Program-made: the position numbers and the translations under genes | Assembly: GCF_026210795.1 (NCBI RefSeq) | Contig: NC_089434.1 | Span: forward strand, 2,790,001 to 2,854,000 | Reading direction: 5' to 3' | DNA length: 64,000 nucleotides | From: Rhizophagus irregularis | Taxonomy: Eukaryota | Notes under the pieces: model-generated | Databases searched by the model: none | What the model was told of the DNA's origin: nothing | The model's input: only the letters and a program-made list of their open reading frames with translations | In this document: in pieces, positions 60,951-64,000 of the stretch | Layout of the letters: each line of letters starts with the position of its first letter | Position numbering within the stretch: the stretch's first letter is position 1

Positions 60951-61847
60951 GGCGTCATAAAAATAAAATAAAAATTTCGTACTACTTACTAGTAAATAAA
61001 ATTTAGAACCATAAATAGTTAATACTAAATAACCTACAGTACCACATGCAACGTTTAATCAGCTTCAAAATATCCACTGCTCGTATCTGGCAAATACCTG
61101 GAAACGGGATTAAACATCACTCCGGTCTATATAGATTTACACGCACGTAATAAACTTTATGGGATTACGTTTTATGAAATCCTGCCGGTATAAACTTTCG
61201 ACGCCCCCAACCTGCCCACCTAAAATAGGAAATTTTTTTGAAATTTTATATATGATCCCCGTGTGTAACCTAAACATAGATTGTTCGAAGTCCTACTTCT
61301 TAAAACATAATGTGCTGAAGAAGCGAAATTAATTGTTTCTTTAAATTATATAAATTGAGAAGTACTTTAACTAAAATTTTTACCATATTCCTCTGTAACT
61401 AAACAATCCTAAATATTACTTTACAAACAAACATTTATCATTTGTGATCTGATCGGGTATTACAATAATTTGTATACTTTACAAATTTACTTATCATTGA
61501 TTGTATGATTGTCTATAATAACCTGAATTAATCATTAATATCATTAATACAGGCCAAAATAGTAAGGTGACACAATTCCAAGGATATTGACACTACGATA
61601 AAACAAGATTTACCATTCAACCATTCAGCAATGAAAGTAACCAATATCATTAGCTCTAGAAGTCCTTTTTTATTAACTTAGATTCCATTAGAAGTTTCCA
61701 AAACTATGGATATGATTTGAATCGTATCACTTACGGTTATTAATAGGTTTCATTACTACGCCATTAAAAGGATACTGAACCAAAAAAATATCTCATTTAT
61801 CTATATTTTATTACATAAAAAGAAATTTTCGTTAGAAACATATTCGT

Positions 61848-62210
61848 AAATGAAAGAAAATAAGATTGAATGTGTGAAATGAAAGAAAAAAAAGATTGAA
61901 TGTGTGAAATGAAAGAAAAATAAGATTGAATGTGTGAAATGAAAGAAAAAAAGATTGAATGTGTGAAATGAAAGAAAAAAAGATTGAATGTGTGAAATGA
62001 AAGAAAAAAAGATTGAATATGTAAATAAAAGAAAAAAATGTAAACGAAAAAAAAAATTGAATGTGTAAAATGAAATGAAAAAAAAAATGAACGTGTAATA
62101 TAGATTTATTTTCCAACTTTTCTATTAAAATGTAAACGAAAAAAAAATTGAATGTGTAAAATGAAAAAAAAATGAGCGTGTAATGTTGATTTATTTTCCA
62201 ACTTTTCTAT
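61848..62210. repeat. Roughly 30-bp tandem repeat (about 6 copies) plus a roughly 90-bp direct duplication upstream of the kinase
   Basis: AAATGAAAGAAAAAAAGATTGAATGTGTG repeated, and AAAATGTAAACGAAAAAAAAATTGAATGTGTAAAATGAAA...TTTATTTTCCAACTTTTCTATT present twice. Confidence 0.9.
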
Positions 62211-62269
62211 TTAAGAGTCCTAATTTCACTTTTTTTCTATTTTATTATCCACTTATCCTGAATTAATTC

Positions 62270-63758
62270 ATGGATTCTTTTATTCAAAGTATCAAGAACG
62301 GTATACAATTACTCATTAATTTAATAAAAAAACTAATTAAATCATTACATAATAATAGTAATAGTAGTAACAAGAAATGTGAAATATGTGACCTTTTTGA
62401 TGTTAAATGTAAAGTAAAATATTTTCAACGAAATTTCAAAAATTGGACTAGTGGGAATAATAATATTGATAAATTTATTCAAAATGCTCAATTATCATCA
62501 CATGTTGGACATGAACCATTAGAATGGATACCTTATGATAGACTTTATGATATAAAATATATTGCAAGAGGTGGATTTGGAAAAGTGTATAGAGCAAAAT
62601 GGATTGATGGATATATAGATGAATGGGATGATGAAAATCAAAATTGGAAAAGAAAAGGTCAAAATAAATTTGTGGCTCTAAAAAGTTTAAAAAATTCGAA
62701 AAATGTTACATTAGAATTTATGAATGAGGTATAAATTTTAGTGACCTTTTTTTTTTTTTTGAAACCTATTTTTACTAAAATATGATTTGTACTGTACTAT
62801 TATTTTTTTAGGTCATATTACATCATAAAGTAAACAACGTTTTTTTTATTATAAGGCTTTATGGAATAACCAAAGATCCGGAAACGGAAAATCTTATGAT
62901 GGTATTGGACTATGCAGAAAATGGAAATTTGAGAGATTATTTAAATAAAAATCATCATAATTTAAATTGGAGAACTAAAATTAATTATTTACATAACATT
63001 GCATTTGGACTTGAACTTATTCATGAAGAGGGATTAATTCATCGAGATTTACATATTGGTAATATACTTCATATGGATATGGAAGGTCGTAATACGTATA
63101 TAACTGATATGGGATTATGTAAACCTGCAGATTACAATAATAATACTTTAGAACAAAACTGTGTATATGGTGTATTGCCTTATATAGCCCCTGAAATTTT
63201 ACGATATCAAAATTATACCCAAGCTGCTGATATTTACAGTTTTGGGATAATTATATATGAAATAATTTCCGGATTACCCCCATATAATGATGTAAGACAT
63301 GATAAAGATTTGGCAATAAAAATTTGTCTCGGACTTCGACCAAGTCTTAATATTAAAGTACCCCAAATAATTGTAGATTTAATTAAAAGATGCTTAGATG
63401 CAGATCCATTAAATCGACCATCAGCAAAAGAAATTCATAGAATTTTCGAATTTTCTGATAATCAAGGATTACAAATACAAGTTGATGAAATAGAAAAAGA
63501 ATCAATTAACAGTATACCTTTAATTACTAGTTTATCACATACATCTTCTGGAGCTATTTATATAAGTAGATTACTCAAATTTAATAATCTTCCTGAACCA
63601 AGAAATTCTAATGTCACGAAATATTCAGGTAAACCAATAAAAATCAATTTTTTCAAAAAATATTTTTTCTTTTTTTTTAAATTAAAAATTAATAAAATAT
63701 TTTTTTATTTCATTTATTAATAGAATCTTTACAAATTAATGTCTCCGATAAAAAATAA
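62270..63758 (+). CDS. Tyrosine-kinase-like protein kinase (436 aa; exons 62270-62728, 62812-63628, 63724-63758)
   Basis: NWTSGN..IDKFIQ leader, then GGFGKV, VALK, HRDLHIGNIL, DMG, PYIAPE and DIYSFG. The GT-AG introns keep frame. Confidence 0.92.
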
Positions 63759-64000
63759 CAAAGATTTTATCACGCGGTAAATTTTATTAACTTTAAAGGG
63801 CAAAGCATTGTTTTACAATAAAAAAAAAAGAACGTTGTCACTCACAGTCTACCATCCGTGAACTAAATAACTAAATGCAATCAATACAATCAAAAATGGT
63901 TCCACCATTTTCGTTTTTTTATCCGGTTTTGTCCGATTTTTGAACTATTTTCGGTTTCCTTTTCTTTCTTTGTTTTTTTTTTAATAATCAAATATAACTG

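Noticed and set aside
61832..62116. Phe-rich minus-strand ORF
   Set aside because: It is the translation of a roughly 30-bp A-rich tandem repeat.
62270..63758. DMG in place of DFG in the kinase
   Set aside because: The catalytic Asp is kept and such variants are ordinary in this expanded kinase family.

Overview
This is AT-rich, intron-containing fungal DNA. The gene families (expanded TKL kinases, Crinkler-type proteins, MLKL-like four-helix-bundle domains, TRP-like channels) point to an arbuscular mycorrhizal fungus such as Rhizophagus; that assignment is inference. Spliced gene models were built by hand. They comprise a Crinkler-N/AAA-ATPase/REase gene, a kinase-less gene of three tandem MLKL-like domains lying head-to-head with a pore-deleted TRP-like channel gene, a TKL kinase, and two inverted paralogs of a two-domain orphan gene. 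There are also four members of an unrecognised small family with a Cys-rich N-terminus, a low-complexity linker, a conserved C-terminal domain of about 100 aa and two shared phase-2 introns. The intergenic space is dense with DNA transposon derivatives. These include a decayed, roughly 6 kb P-element-like transposon, CCC-ended MITEs with 3-bp TSDs, hAT-like and MULE-like elements, a four-deep nest, an 830-bp foldback, Helentron-like repeats, a LINE RNase H remnant and several minisatellites. No rRNA, tRNA or CRISPR array was seen. All coordinates and alignments are manual, and no database search was run.
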